The position numbers were made by a program, and so were the translations under genes. This document shows, in pieces, positions 10,880 through 19,629 of a stretch of 64,000 nucleotides of DNA. Origin of the DNA: a virus; the IMG/VR virus record IMGVR_UViG_3300043427_002233, positions 6,203-70,202 of that record, one strand, 5' to 3'. The notes under the pieces were generated by a model. That model ran no database searches and was not told where the DNA came from. It saw nothing but the letters and a program-made list of their open reading frames with translations. The number at the start of each line of letters is the position of its first letter. Position 1 is the first letter of the stretch.

Positions 10880-11065
10880 GCCCTAGTGGCGTATGAACGT
10901 TTGGGGTTTGATCGTAAGAATTAGATCGGCCCTGTCACTAGAGCCCTATACTAAAGTTTCCCCGAGCAACCGGATGACATTGCGTGTTCAGAACCCTTAT
11001 CGGGATGTCCCCTGGTTTATCGCTCGCAAAGTGATGGTCAAGATATGGCCATGTAACAATGCGTC
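10880..11065 (+). ncRNA. Candidate structured RNA/DNA element
   Basis: GC-rich island with stems CTAGTGGC/GTCACTAG, ATCGCT/AGTGAT, TGGTCA/TGGCCA and CATTG/CAATG; G-U pairs favour the + strand. Confidence 0.35.
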
Positions 11066-11066
11066 T

Positions 11067-11163
11067 CCCCCTGGTCCCCTGATCCCCTACCCTACTTATT
11101 CCCCTTACCCCCCCCTACCCCCTAGAATAGGCTACCCCTATTCCCCTAGTCCCCCCCACCCCC
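11067..11163 (-). repeat. G-quadruplex-competent tract (11 G-runs of 3-8 nt on the minus strand)
   Basis: Plus strand shows C5,C4,C4,C3,C4,C8,C5,C4,C4,C7,C5 with short linkers. Confidence 0.75.
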
Positions 11164-11219
11164 TAGTATCATTTGGTACTTTTGAGTGTTACGACTAGTG
11201 TGCAGACGTTATGTCTCAC

Positions 11220-11249
11220 GTGTGTGTGGTGTGTGTGTGGTGTGTGAGG
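11220..11249 (+). repeat. (TG)n-type simple repeat
   Basis: GTGTGTGTGGTGTGTGTGTGGTGTGTGAGG. Confidence 0.8.
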
Positions 11250-11369
11250 TCTGCTAGTATCTTTAGTTTGATACTTTATGGTGGATCTCATGGAATTGGG
11301 TTAACTCTTTCTATTATATTATCTAGATCATTATGTATGTTTATAATATAGTTTACAGAAAAGTTTTTC

Positions 11370-11700
11370 TACAGCCCTATTTTTAGGGTAACTCTGGGGT
11401 AAAGCAAGCGTACACTCCATAACTCATTAAATCCATAGTGGGTTATGGTGTGTATGTTTACAGTTATGTCGAGTTATACTTTGGCTAATCTACTTTTGCC
11501 ATTTTAACTTTGACTTAATGGAAACGTACACTGCAGAACTACAGTATATACTGTGTGTTTTATGTAGTGTTTCTTTATTGTTACATTACTTTTAAACTGA
11601 AGTGTATATTCCTATTTATATAGGACGCTGGGAAAAAGTTTTCCAATGGGGTTGAGTGCTTACGCCTCAACTTTATTGGTGAGCTTTAAGCTCAAGAAAG
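11370..11700 (+). ncRNA. Highly structured early leader or ncRNA (serial hairpins)
   Basis: Stems include GCGTACAC-CCATAACTCA/TGGGTTATGG-GTGTATGT, CACTGCA/TGTAGTG, TCCTAT/ATAGGA, CCAATGGGGTTGAG/CTCAACTTTATTGG and TGAGC/GCTCA; TATAAT at 11342-11347. Confidence 0.5.
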
Positions 11701-11710
11701 GGGAATCTAA

Positions 11711-11953
11711 ATGAATACTGAATTAGTTTCAAAGTCATTCAAATTTGAAAACGGTCTTCGCGCTGTTCTTTATGTCGAAGATCATTTTATAAGTTTTGAT
11801 GGCTATGTTCCTGTTGGTTATGGTTGGGCAGGATTATCTTTACTAGGTCTAAAGAGTGAAGTTATTCCTACTTTGATTGAATTAATTAAATCTTTACCAA
11901 GCGATACAACTTACGAACAACTTCAATCTGAAATGAATAAAGTTAATAAATAA
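11711..11953 (+). CDS. Hypothetical early protein
   Basis: AGAAAGGGG SD; first gene of the plus-strand block. Confidence 0.75.
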   Translation: MNTELVSKSFKFENGLRAVLYVEDHFISFDGYVPVGYGWAGLSLLGLKSEVIPTLIELIKSLPSDTTYEQLQSEMNKVNK

Positions 11954-12054
11954 CTTTGTGAAGTGCATTAGCAATAGTGCACTTTGCTGAGGTATTTAAA
12001 CCTCTAGCTGGTTACTCAATGTTAACTTGACCAGCCATAAATCAAGGAGGATTT

Positions 12055-12273
12055 ATGAAAAAGATTATTGTCTTTGACGCTAAGGGAAAGGTTGTTAAAA
12101 CCAAGTACCTGTTTAAGAGTATCACTACTGGTACTCTTAAATCTTTTACAGCATCCTTACCTCAATGGTGGGCTGCTTACTACATACCTTACAAAAACGT
12201 AAGGATTTACTATACTAGATGGAAAGGTTTAGAACCGTACTTGTTTGTGCGTGATTCATATAAAAAAATATGA
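12055..12273 (+). CDS. Hypothetical basic early protein
   Basis: AAGGAGG SD. Confidence 0.75.
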   Translation: MKKIIVFDAKGKVVKTKYLFKSITTGTLKSFTASLPQWWAAYYIPYKNVRIYYTRWKGLEPYLFVRDSYKKI

Positions 12274-12428
12274 AGATACCTCTTTACCTTTCAAAAAAAG
12301 GCTATGGTTGTTTTAAGTTAGGATCTTATTGGTATCCTACACAAAACAATATTTCTTTTAGTACTTTAAAATTTAAAACCAAAATTAGTTTACTTGGTTT
12401 CTTAGATTTTCATTCTCAAAACTCATAA
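12270..12428 (+). CDS. Small hypothetical protein (52 aa, MKIPLYLSKK...)
   Basis: ATGA overlap with the upstream stop; below the ORF-track size cutoff. Confidence 0.5.
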   Translation: MKIPLYLSKKGYGCFKLGSYWYPTQNNISFSTLKFKTKISLLGFLDFHSQNS

Positions 12429-12438
12429 ATATTTTGGC

Positions 12439-12550
12439 TAGTGTTGCAATAACCATGCGAAAGCTAAAGACACTACGTGACATTTGTGACGATAGACTAA
12501 CGGTGATAGTTAGTCGAGGGCTTTGAAAGGAACCCTGGGTTGCAACACCC
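12439..12550 (+). ncRNA. Candidate structured RNA motif in the early intergenic region
   Basis: GACTAAC/GTTAGTC hairpin, GC-GAAA-GC, AGGG/CCCT, GGGT-TGCAAC-ACCC; competing GTGTTGCAA/TTGCAACAC and TAGTGTT/GACACTA stems. Confidence 0.5.
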
Positions 12551-12561
12551 GAATAATTTGT

Positions 12562-12819
12562 ATGGGTAACTCCAACAAAGTAACGACGTTGATCCGTTAC
12601 ACTAAGAAGATCAACATTAGTGATGCCGATAAATCTTTATCGCGCATGCGTCAAGAAGCCAAGGTACGTGATTACCTTTGGTCTGAAGGAGGTTGTTTTT
12701 TAAAGATTTGGAATGGCTTTGAATATGTTGAACGCATGTTTGACATCAAAGAACTTTCTAAAGTCCGTGCTGCTTACTATTACCAAGACACGAAGACTCT
12801 CGTGCTTGAAATCTTTTAA
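12562..12819 (+). CDS. Hypothetical early protein
   Basis: ORF track frame; start moved to the first ATG after the structured element. Confidence 0.6.
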   Translation: MGNSNKVTTLIRYTKKINISDADKSLSRMRQEAKVRDYLWSEGGCFLKIWNGFEYVERMFDIKELSKVRAAYYYQDTKTLVLEIF

Positions 12820-12835
12820 GGAGGATTTATCTACC

Positions 12836-13384
12836 ATGAATAAACAATCATTTAACCTTGCTCTTCAATTATATACTTCTTTTTTAGAAATTAAAGAACC
12901 TCTTACGAAAGCTTTTCATGATCAATTTGGTTTTCGTAAAGACTTTGATTTAACACCTTACTATAATCGTTATGTACAGATTTCTTATTCACATAAACAT
13001 AAACATTACACTTTTATTTTTTTCCCTTTTAGAATTTTTACTCCTTCAATTATTGACACAACTAATCAGTTTACTTCTTTTCAAGCCTCTGAAGTTTATG
13101 CTTTTGAAAAGAACGATAACGTTGATTTTTGTTGTATTACACCTTCTGGTTATCAAATGGTTAATACTCGTTCTCTAAATTTTCCTTATTTTAATTTTAA
13201 AGATAATTCTTATGCTTTTCACACTCATACTTTTTATGATAAGGTTTCTCATGATTCCTTGAAGTTTCTTTCTACACTTCTTGAATCAATCAATGAAAAT
13301 TCCATCACCGATTGGACCGGTTCTTTTAAATACGTTCCTTTTTTAAAAAATGTTGTTGCTTCAGCTTTGTTAATGCTTTCATAA
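12836..13384 (+). CDS. Hypothetical early protein
   Basis: AAGGAGG SD before MNKQSF. Confidence 0.75.
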   Translation: MNKQSFNLALQLYTSFLEIKEPLTKAFHDQFGFRKDFDLTPYYNRYVQISYSHKHKHYTFIFFPFRIFTPSIIDTTNQFTSFQASEVYAFEKNDNVDFCCITPSGYQMVNTRSLNFPYFNFKDNSYAFHTHTFYDKVSHDSLKFLSTLLESINENSITDWTGSFKYVPFLKNVVASALLMLS

Positions 13385-13399
13385 GGAGGTTTTATTATT

Positions 13400-13549
13400 A
13401 TGAAACAAATCATACTTAATCATCTGGCTGTACTTATGGATAAACTTATTGGAAACTTGGCTACTGACGCAAGTGCTGATAAGAAAGATGCCTACGGAGT
13501 AGTTCTTCTTGAACTTCACCGGCTTGTTAAGGTTATTAAATCATTATGA
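13400..13549 (+). CDS. Small hypothetical protein (49 aa)
   Basis: AAGGAGGT SD; MKQIILNHLAVL... Confidence 0.65.
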   Translation: MKQIILNHLAVLMDKLIGNLATDASADKKDAYGVVLLELHRLVKVIKSL

Positions 13550-13695
13550 TTTATTTTTACCTCTGTATTGTATTAAGTGTGTTGTTATTTTTTAGTGCCG
13601 TTTACTACATTATATCGCTACGGTTCTATAAAAGAACTTTGGCTAGATATATAAATTTTTTCATCAGAATAGGAGGTATATCCGATGAAAATTAA
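13546..13695 (+). CDS. Small membrane protein (49 aa)
   Basis: ATGA coupling; hydrophobic N-half MIYFYLCIVLSVLLFFSAVYYIISL followed by basic residues. Confidence 0.5.
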   Translation: MIYFYLCIVLSVLLFFSAVYYIISLRFYKRTLARYINFFIRIGGISDEN

Positions 13696-13837
13696 ATCCC
13701 GTGGCAACTTAGTCTCATTGTTATCTGACGACAACGAATACGAATACTATGACTCTATCCGAATCAACAAGGTATCTTTGAAAGGAGACCGCCATGAGAA
13801 ACTTGCTCGACAAGAACTACGTAATACCGCCAAATAA
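13685..13837 (+). CDS. Small hypothetical protein (50 aa)
   Basis: AGGAGGT SD; MKIKSRGNLV...; overlaps the next gene by 44 bp. Confidence 0.5.
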   Translation: MKIKSRGNLVSLLSDDNEYEYYDSIRINKVSLKGDRHEKLARQELRNTAK

Positions 13838-14549
13838 GTGGACTAAAGAAATGTTTGACTCTATTGTTTCATTTCTTTATACACGAGATGAAAACATTTT
13901 TCACTTGGATCCTAATGGTAAACTTATCATTACTAATCCTGAAGCTGTCTTTGACAAAATGAGATCTCTATTACCACATCCTCGTATTGTTGAGATTTAT
14001 CTTGACCTAGCTACATTACGTAATCTTTTTTCTACTAAGTTTAAGATTAATCTTTCTGTTCTTGTTGATACGATTAGTGATAGATACTCCTCTTTCTTTA
14101 AGTCTGAAATGAAAGCACCTGCTTCCATTGACATGACTACCTCAACTATTATCTTCCGACAAGACAGTATTTTTAAAGCTATCCAAGAAAGATTTTTAGC
14201 TTTTATTGCTGTCAATTTTTCCGACCACTACATTTACCGAAGCGATGTTAGAGATGAATTAATTAACGTTATGTTATGTTTACATCTTTACCTTCTTGAT
14301 CATGAGTTAGGACATTTCTTTTTTAGTCCTAACCACGAACAAAAAGAAAAGATTAAAAGACAATTTATCACAAACAATCCAAAATATGCCGGTCTTGATG
14401 ATGGTACTATCCATCGTATGCTTAACTTTCTTGAAGACATGTATATTGAAGACCGTTTCAAATCTATTATTTATCCAAACGATCCAAAGATTCACCAAGT
14501 TTATGATCTTGGACGATTTTTATTAGGAAGGACAGGATATGCCAAATAA
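13794..14549 (+). CDS. Zincin-like HExxH metallopeptidase domain (N-terminal module of CobT/VWA-type proteins)
   Basis: DHELGH plus downstream NFLEDMYIE; GAAAGGAG SD. Confidence 0.7.
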   Translation: MRNLLDKNYVIPPNKWTKEMFDSIVSFLYTRDENIFHLDPNGKLIITNPEAVFDKMRSLLPHPRIVEIYLDLATLRNLFSTKFKINLSVLVDTISDRYSSFFKSEMKAPASIDMTTSTIIFRQDSIFKAIQERFLAFIAVNFSDHYIYRSDVRDELINVMLCLHLYLLDHELGHFFFSPNHEQKEKIKRQFITNNPKYAGLDDGTIHRMLNFLEDMYIEDRFKSIIYPNDPKIHQVYDLGRFLLGRTGYAK

Positions 14550-15774
14550 AACTACTGACTTTGGCGATGTTGAATCCGTATTGTATAAATTATTAAACAC
14601 ACGATATGTTTCTTATTCACCTGACTTAACATCATTGTTTTCCAATGTTCTTAATGAACACGACCCTGTTGCTCGTGGTGTGAAATTTCTTGAAGACATT
14701 GCTACACGCATTGACTTTTCTGAAATTGAAAATCCACCTCAACCTGATGAACCAAATAAACAAACAGTTGATGGTACTGATGGTGAAGGTGATGAAGATG
14801 GTGCCAACATGTTATCTTCTGCTCTTGAAGACTTAGCTCGTGGTAGAAATGCCGCGCCTAACTTTGGAACCATTAATGAAGAACATTCTCTACACTCATT
14901 TCAAACACTTAGTGTCTCTCCAAAACATCTTGAGTTTTATCACTCTATCACAGGATCGTTTACCGATTCCTGGCAACAATATTTACGGAGAGATGATGGA
15001 AGAATGCTTTCATTACGCAGTGGTAAGTTTTATAATCGACATGCTTATAAAACTGAACTAACTCCTGCTGTGTTTTACAAAGATGTTAATGTTATTCGTG
15101 AATCTGATCTGAAAGTATTTCTTTTTATTGACACCAGTGGTAGTACTTATACTGACATGGGTGGTAGAAAGAAAGACCTTGATCTTTCCTATTATGACAC
15201 TGCTGACATTGGCATGGTCTTGAAAGACAAGGACGAACGAAGTGAGGAATCTATATATTCTCTACATAAAACACAGAACATTTCCTCAAGTTATTATATG
15301 ACTACACTTGCACTTGCAATGGGTCATGTACTTAAACTTGGTAATTGTTCTCTCGACTTTTCTTATTTTGATAATCATAATAAGAACATAAAAGACATTT
15401 CCTATGTCGAAAAAGACTTAGAGAAATTATTTTATGCTAATAAACTTTTAGGCGGTGGTGGTACAGACCTTACCGAAAGTTTTAAGTATCTTGATTTTTG
15501 TATTCCTAATAGCAACAATCGTGACAAGTTGATACTTGTTCTAACTGATGGTGCTATTTCCAGTGAAAAACTTTTACAACAAAAGTTAACAAGCTTTGCA
15601 ACGGACTACAATGTTCGTGCTTTGTTTGTTGGTATTGGCGCTCGAATGCCTCAGAGTTTTGCATCAATTCCAAAATATGATGCACTATGTTATGTAGATG
15701 CGAACGACTTAGTCGCTCGTTTTGCTGGTGATTTTAGCCAGTTTTTACTACACAAATTCTTCTTGGAAGAATAG
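14539..15774 (+). CDS. VWA-domain protein (MoxR partner)
   Basis: MIDAS motifs FIDTSGS, GGGTD and ILVLTDG; acidic linker. Confidence 0.85.
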   Translation: MPNKTTDFGDVESVLYKLLNTRYVSYSPDLTSLFSNVLNEHDPVARGVKFLEDIATRIDFSEIENPPQPDEPNKQTVDGTDGEGDEDGANMLSSALEDLARGRNAAPNFGTINEEHSLHSFQTLSVSPKHLEFYHSITGSFTDSWQQYLRRDDGRMLSLRSGKFYNRHAYKTELTPAVFYKDVNVIRESDLKVFLFIDTSGSTYTDMGGRKKDLDLSYYDTADIGMVLKDKDERSEESIYSLHKTQNISSSYYMTTLALAMGHVLKLGNCSLDFSYFDNHNKNIKDISYVEKDLEKLFYANKLLGGGGTDLTESFKYLDFCIPNSNNRDKLILVLTDGAISSEKLLQQKLTSFATDYNVRALFVGIGARMPQSFASIPKYDALCYVDANDLVARFAGDFSQFLLHKFFLEE

Positions 15775-15793
15775 AATGAAAGGAGGAAAAACC

Positions 15794-16021
15794 ATGACAA
15801 TTATTAAAGCAGTTAAAGTCGTGTTAACTGATGCTCAAAAATCATTGATTAATGAACGCTATGGCCGTATGGCCTGGCCTATTATTAAAACAATTGAAAG
15901 AGTTGTTGATGCTGAACCATCACGTTCTCTTTCTGAGCTCGTAGAACATGCCATGATATATTTGGATGACCATTTTGGCGGACCAAATCTAGATGGCGAT
16001 GCTGTAAACAACATAGAATAA
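15794..16021 (+). CDS. Hypothetical protein
   Basis: GAAAGGAGG SD before MTIIK. Confidence 0.7.
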   Translation: MTIIKAVKVVLTDAQKSLINERYGRMAWPIIKTIERVVDAEPSRSLSELVEHAMIYLDDHFGGPNLDGDAVNNIE

Positions 16022-16036
16022 AGGAGGAAAATTTCT

Positions 16037-16546
16037 ATGGCAAAATTAAATTCTGTATCTTTTCTTTTCAATCTACAAAAGCGTATTGACTTGGCTCGTA
16101 AAGACTGGCCATCATCAATGACTTTTAGTTTTTTACCTACTAAAGCAGTTATAAAAAATATTGGTTATGAATCAAGTTCTTTTTCTTTTATTAAAGTAAC
16201 TGATATTATTAACCGAATTCAAAAGGATCCCATTACTGAGAAAGAAGCCTTTGCTTCTGAACTTACTTCTATGTTAGATCAAATCATTTTATCTATGGAA
16301 TCTTTATCAGTAAAAATTTTATCTGGTAAAGATGAATCAGATCTAAAATCTAAACGAAACTTCACTGATTTAATTATTGAATCACAAGAAGCTAGTGGTC
16401 CACACTTTGATGGACTACCTCTCCCACATCTCATGTTTGACTTCACAACCTTTTTAGTTATTAATGTTAATAACAACAAAGTTATCTTAGGTATTACTGT
16501 TGATGGTTCTAACAATATATCATCAGCCTATTTTATAGTTCAATAA
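16037..16546 (+). CDS. Hypothetical protein
   Basis: AAGGAGG SD. Confidence 0.75.
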   Translation: MAKLNSVSFLFNLQKRIDLARKDWPSSMTFSFLPTKAVIKNIGYESSSFSFIKVTDIINRIQKDPITEKEAFASELTSMLDQIILSMESLSVKILSGKDESDLKSKRNFTDLIIESQEASGPHFDGLPLPHLMFDFTTFLVINVNNNKVILGITVDGSNNISSAYFIVQ

Positions 16547-16559
16547 GGAGGAACTTAAC

Positions 16560-18092
16560 ATGGCAAAACAAACTGTCTATACTAGATTATTTTTATCAAC
16601 TGATAAAACTCGCTTAGTTTTATTAGCTGAGTATCCTAATTTACCATTCGTTAAACTATTTGTTGATGTTCATTCATCAGTTGCTCCGTTCAAAATTAGT
16701 ATTGCAAGCGATGGCTCTGAGTTCGATCAAGCTATTGCTTCTTTGTTTGAACCTTCTTTACAAGTTTTCTTTAGTAAAGTATTTGATATTGAACCTAATA
16801 AAATTGACGTTGCAAAAATTCCTTTATCAACTCTTACTGCTTTACCAGTTGCTACTGAATTGACTTTTGATTTTATTAAAATATTTGATTCGTATTCTTT
16901 ACGCAATTATGCATACAAACCAATGCCAAAGACAAAAAAGTATTTGGACAATCTATCTGTTGGTGATTATGTAAAGAAACATTTTGGTTATGAAATCGTT
17001 GATAAGACTTTTACATTACCTGATGTACTTACAGTTAATCCAATGAACCAAGATGCTTGGGAACACCCTGTCATTAAGGCAAATCCTGATAAGTTTAGAC
17101 CTAAAGTTGACAAAGATTTGGTTGAAGTAATTAAATCTGAATCAAAAGAATTTGAATATATTATGAATCACCTTAACAAGACTAATCCTATTTCACCAAA
17201 CAAGAACTATTTACTTGTTGGTAAACCTGCTGTTGGTAAATCAGAAACTGTTAGGGCAATTGCACACATTCTTAATTTACCTTACGCAGAATTTACTATT
17301 ACTAAGACTACTGAATTTGCTGATACCTTCGGTAAGATATCTGCAACCATGCCTAATGATTCCAGTAAGTCTTGGGCTTTCTTTGAATCTGACTTGAAAG
17401 CTGTTGCTGAAGCTGGTGGTATTGTCAACTTAGAAGAAGCAACTGCAATGTTAGAATCAAATCAAATTGAAGGTAACAATGTTATCTCTGGTTTAAATCG
17501 TTACTGCTATGTAGCCGGACATAAAGTTATGGTACATGAGAAAACTATTTTCTTTGGTACCGCTAACGCTGGAATGGGTGGGCTTTCTAAAATGCAACCT
17601 GCCTTCCTATCAAGATGGGAAGAAATTAATTTTGAAGAACCATCTACAAAGAGTCTTTATAAATACTACAATAAGAAGTATGCTAAATCTCTTGATCCTA
17701 TCGTTATCAAAGCTCTCGTCGATCTCACAATTGGTATTGGTGATGTTCTTTCCAACACCGAACAATTTAAGAGAGAAGATCCATTCTGGGGTCCAGCACC
17801 ACGTATTACTAATCGTAATCGTAGCAACCTTATTTATTTATTATTACTTAATCCTACTCTTTCTGTTTCTTCTGTAGTTGAAATGTTTATTCGCAATATG
17901 ATTCACACGAATTATTTTACTACGGAAGTTGTTGACAAAGTTTTAGTTGACTGCGAAAATGTTATTGGTATTTATAACCATACTGTAAAAGAATTTTATC
18001 ATCCAACTCCTTTGCTTACTAGCTTAGGAATCGTTGCAAGAAATTCTACTGGAACTAAATCCAAGAAAGATGAATATGAGGTTGAATTATAA
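16560..18092 (+). CDS. MoxR/CbbQ/CobS-like AAA+ ATPase
   Basis: Walker A GKPAVGKS, Walker B IVNLEE, sensor GTAN, PAFLSRW arginine finger. Confidence 0.85.
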   Translation: MAKQTVYTRLFLSTDKTRLVLLAEYPNLPFVKLFVDVHSSVAPFKISIASDGSEFDQAIASLFEPSLQVFFSKVFDIEPNKIDVAKIPLSTLTALPVATELTFDFIKIFDSYSLRNYAYKPMPKTKKYLDNLSVGDYVKKHFGYEIVDKTFTLPDVLTVNPMNQDAWEHPVIKANPDKFRPKVDKDLVEVIKSESKEFEYIMNHLNKTNPISPNKNYLLVGKPAVGKSETVRAIAHILNLPYAEFTITKTTEFADTFGKISATMPNDSSKSWAFFESDLKAVAEAGGIVNLEEATAMLESNQIEGNNVISGLNRYCYVAGHKVMVHEKTIFFGTANAGMGGLSKMQPAFLSRWEEINFEEPSTKSLYKYYNKKYAKSLDPIVIKALVDLTIGIGDVLSNTEQFKREDPFWGPAPRITNRNRSNLIYLLLLNPTLSVSSVVEMFIRNMIHTNYFTTEVVDKVLVDCENVIGIYNHTVKEFYHPTPLLTSLGIVARNSTGTKSKKDEYEVEL

Positions 18093-18466
18093 TGATTAAT
18101 CAAAACTTACCTGCCGTTGTTTACAACAAAGATACTTTTAAAGAATTTACTATCATTAATACACCACTTCGTGTGTATAAGATAGAAGATTATGCTTTTG
18201 TTTATTTTGGTCGACGCTTTCTGACAGAACAAGAACACTTAGTACTTGTTCCATTCGGTATTGATGCTGCTATCCCTCCCTATATGGGGGGTGTCGGCTA
18301 TTTACTTGTCAAAGATTCTACATCTATTAGAACTTTGACTTGTAAGCAATGCCAAACGCCATCCGAATCATTAGAAAGTTTTTATATACATGAAGATAAC
18401 TCTGATTACTTATGTCCACATTGTAATGTAGTTAGAATTCCATGGGAGGAAATAAAAAACAAATGA
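18092..18466 (+). CDS. Hypothetical protein with C-terminal Zn ribbon
   Basis: CKQC...CPHC. Confidence 0.7.
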   Translation: MINQNLPAVVYNKDTFKEFTIINTPLRVYKIEDYAFVYFGRRFLTEQEHLVLVPFGIDAAIPPYMGGVGYLLVKDSTSIRTLTCKQCQTPSESLESFYIHEDNSDYLCPHCNVVRIPWEEIKNK

Positions 18467-18915
18467 TATTATTTCAATACAACGGACAAGATCATTATCT
18501 TTATCCTATTGTTTCTGCTCGTTATGCATTTGATACAAGAAGTGTTTACGTTAATCAAACCTATAATGACACTGCATTTTTAAGGATGAAGTTGAACTTT
18601 CCGCACCGCTTAATTGCTGTGCAACATTCTGACTATGTTATACTTCGTAATTTTTATTATGAATTGTGTAACACATTGTTCTCTCCTACTATTACTTATC
18701 TCAAGGATGCAAGTAAAAATCTTGCTTATTTTAGAGTCACTGCTCCAAAAGAAAAAGGAGGATTATCAATGGAGCTTGACGCTATTGTCCTTGTTGAAAA
18801 GAATTTTGACTACACACAAAGCTATGCTGCAGGTGTTGTGATCAAAAGATTTTTACGGTTTACTAAAGACGGTCTAAAGTTTTTAGAAACCTACTACGGT
18901 TCATTACCATTTTAA
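18463..18915 (+). CDS. Hypothetical protein
   Basis: ATGA coupling; operon context. Confidence 0.7.
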   Translation: MILFQYNGQDHYLYPIVSARYAFDTRSVYVNQTYNDTAFLRMKLNFPHRLIAVQHSDYVILRNFYYELCNTLFSPTITYLKDASKNLAYFRVTAPKEKGGLSMELDAIVLVEKNFDYTQSYAAGVVIKRFLRFTKDGLKFLETYYGSLPF

Positions 18916-18927
18916 GGAGGTAACAAA

Positions 18928-19308
18928 ATGAACAAACAAATTATTGGTGTTTTGGCCCAACGTACTTCTGAAGGTTTATCTCTTCAAAAGTATATCCTTC
19001 AATACGAAAGTTACAAATCTTTATATCCTGTAATTAATTGTGATCTATTTGATATTCCAACTCGTTTCATTAAAGGGAAACCTTTTGACATTTATCTAGA
19101 TGATGAAGGTTTATTGAAAGGAAAACCTGTTGTCGCTGCATCTGATGATGGTCTTGAGGTACTTGTAGGAAATTTATTTTTCTGCAAGCACAACGATGAT
19201 GGAGGCATCGAATCTCTTACTGATGAAGAAGTCAATCTTATATTGTCATCTATTGAAGAAGACTTTGAAGGTAGTCGTGTTGTTTCTTATGGATTTAAGG
19301 AGGAATAA
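18928..19308 (+). CDS. DUF3846-like protein
   Basis: DIYLDDEGLL...LVGNLFF...SLTDEE pattern. Confidence 0.65.
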   Translation: MNKQIIGVLAQRTSEGLSLQKYILQYESYKSLYPVINCDLFDIPTRFIKGKPFDIYLDDEGLLKGKPVVAASDDGLEVLVGNLFFCKHNDDGGIESLTDEEVNLILSSIEEDFEGSRVVSYGFKEE

Positions 19309-19310
19309 TC

Positions 19311-19628
19311 ATGAGAAAATTTTCTGCTAATCCTAAGTTTACTGGACGTGAAGTTTTGATTACCATTGCTGTTATGTATAACAACAAATGGGACGATATG
19401 TACAAACATATAAAAGAAAAACGTTTGATTAGTGATGAACAATTTCTTCACGCAATGACTATGTACTCTGGTAAAGTCATGACTATTATTGATCCTGACT
19501 ATCCTGAAATACTTAAGTCTTCTTTTAAGCCACCTTTTGTTATCTTCTTTGATCGTAAAGATCAATTAAAAAATCTCGACTTCTCAAGTCCCGAAATTAT
19601 TTCTAATTTCTTAAAAGGAGGAAATTAA
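19311..19628 (+). CDS. Truncated DprA N-terminal homolog
   Basis: REVLITIAVMYNNKWDDMY...TIIDPDYPEILKSSFKPPFVIFF resembles the short N-terminus of DprA; the Rossmann core is absent. Confidence 0.65.
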   Translation: MRKFSANPKFTGREVLITIAVMYNNKWDDMYKHIKEKRLISDEQFLHAMTMYSGKVMTIIDPDYPEILKSSFKPPFVIFFDRKDQLKNLDFSSPEIISNFLKGGN

Positions 19629-19629
19629 A

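Noticed and set aside
10677-11198. Plus-strand ORFs 10677-10865 and 10893-11198 (Pro-rich)
   Set aside because: Translations simply reflect the low-complexity C-rich and TA tracts; no SD
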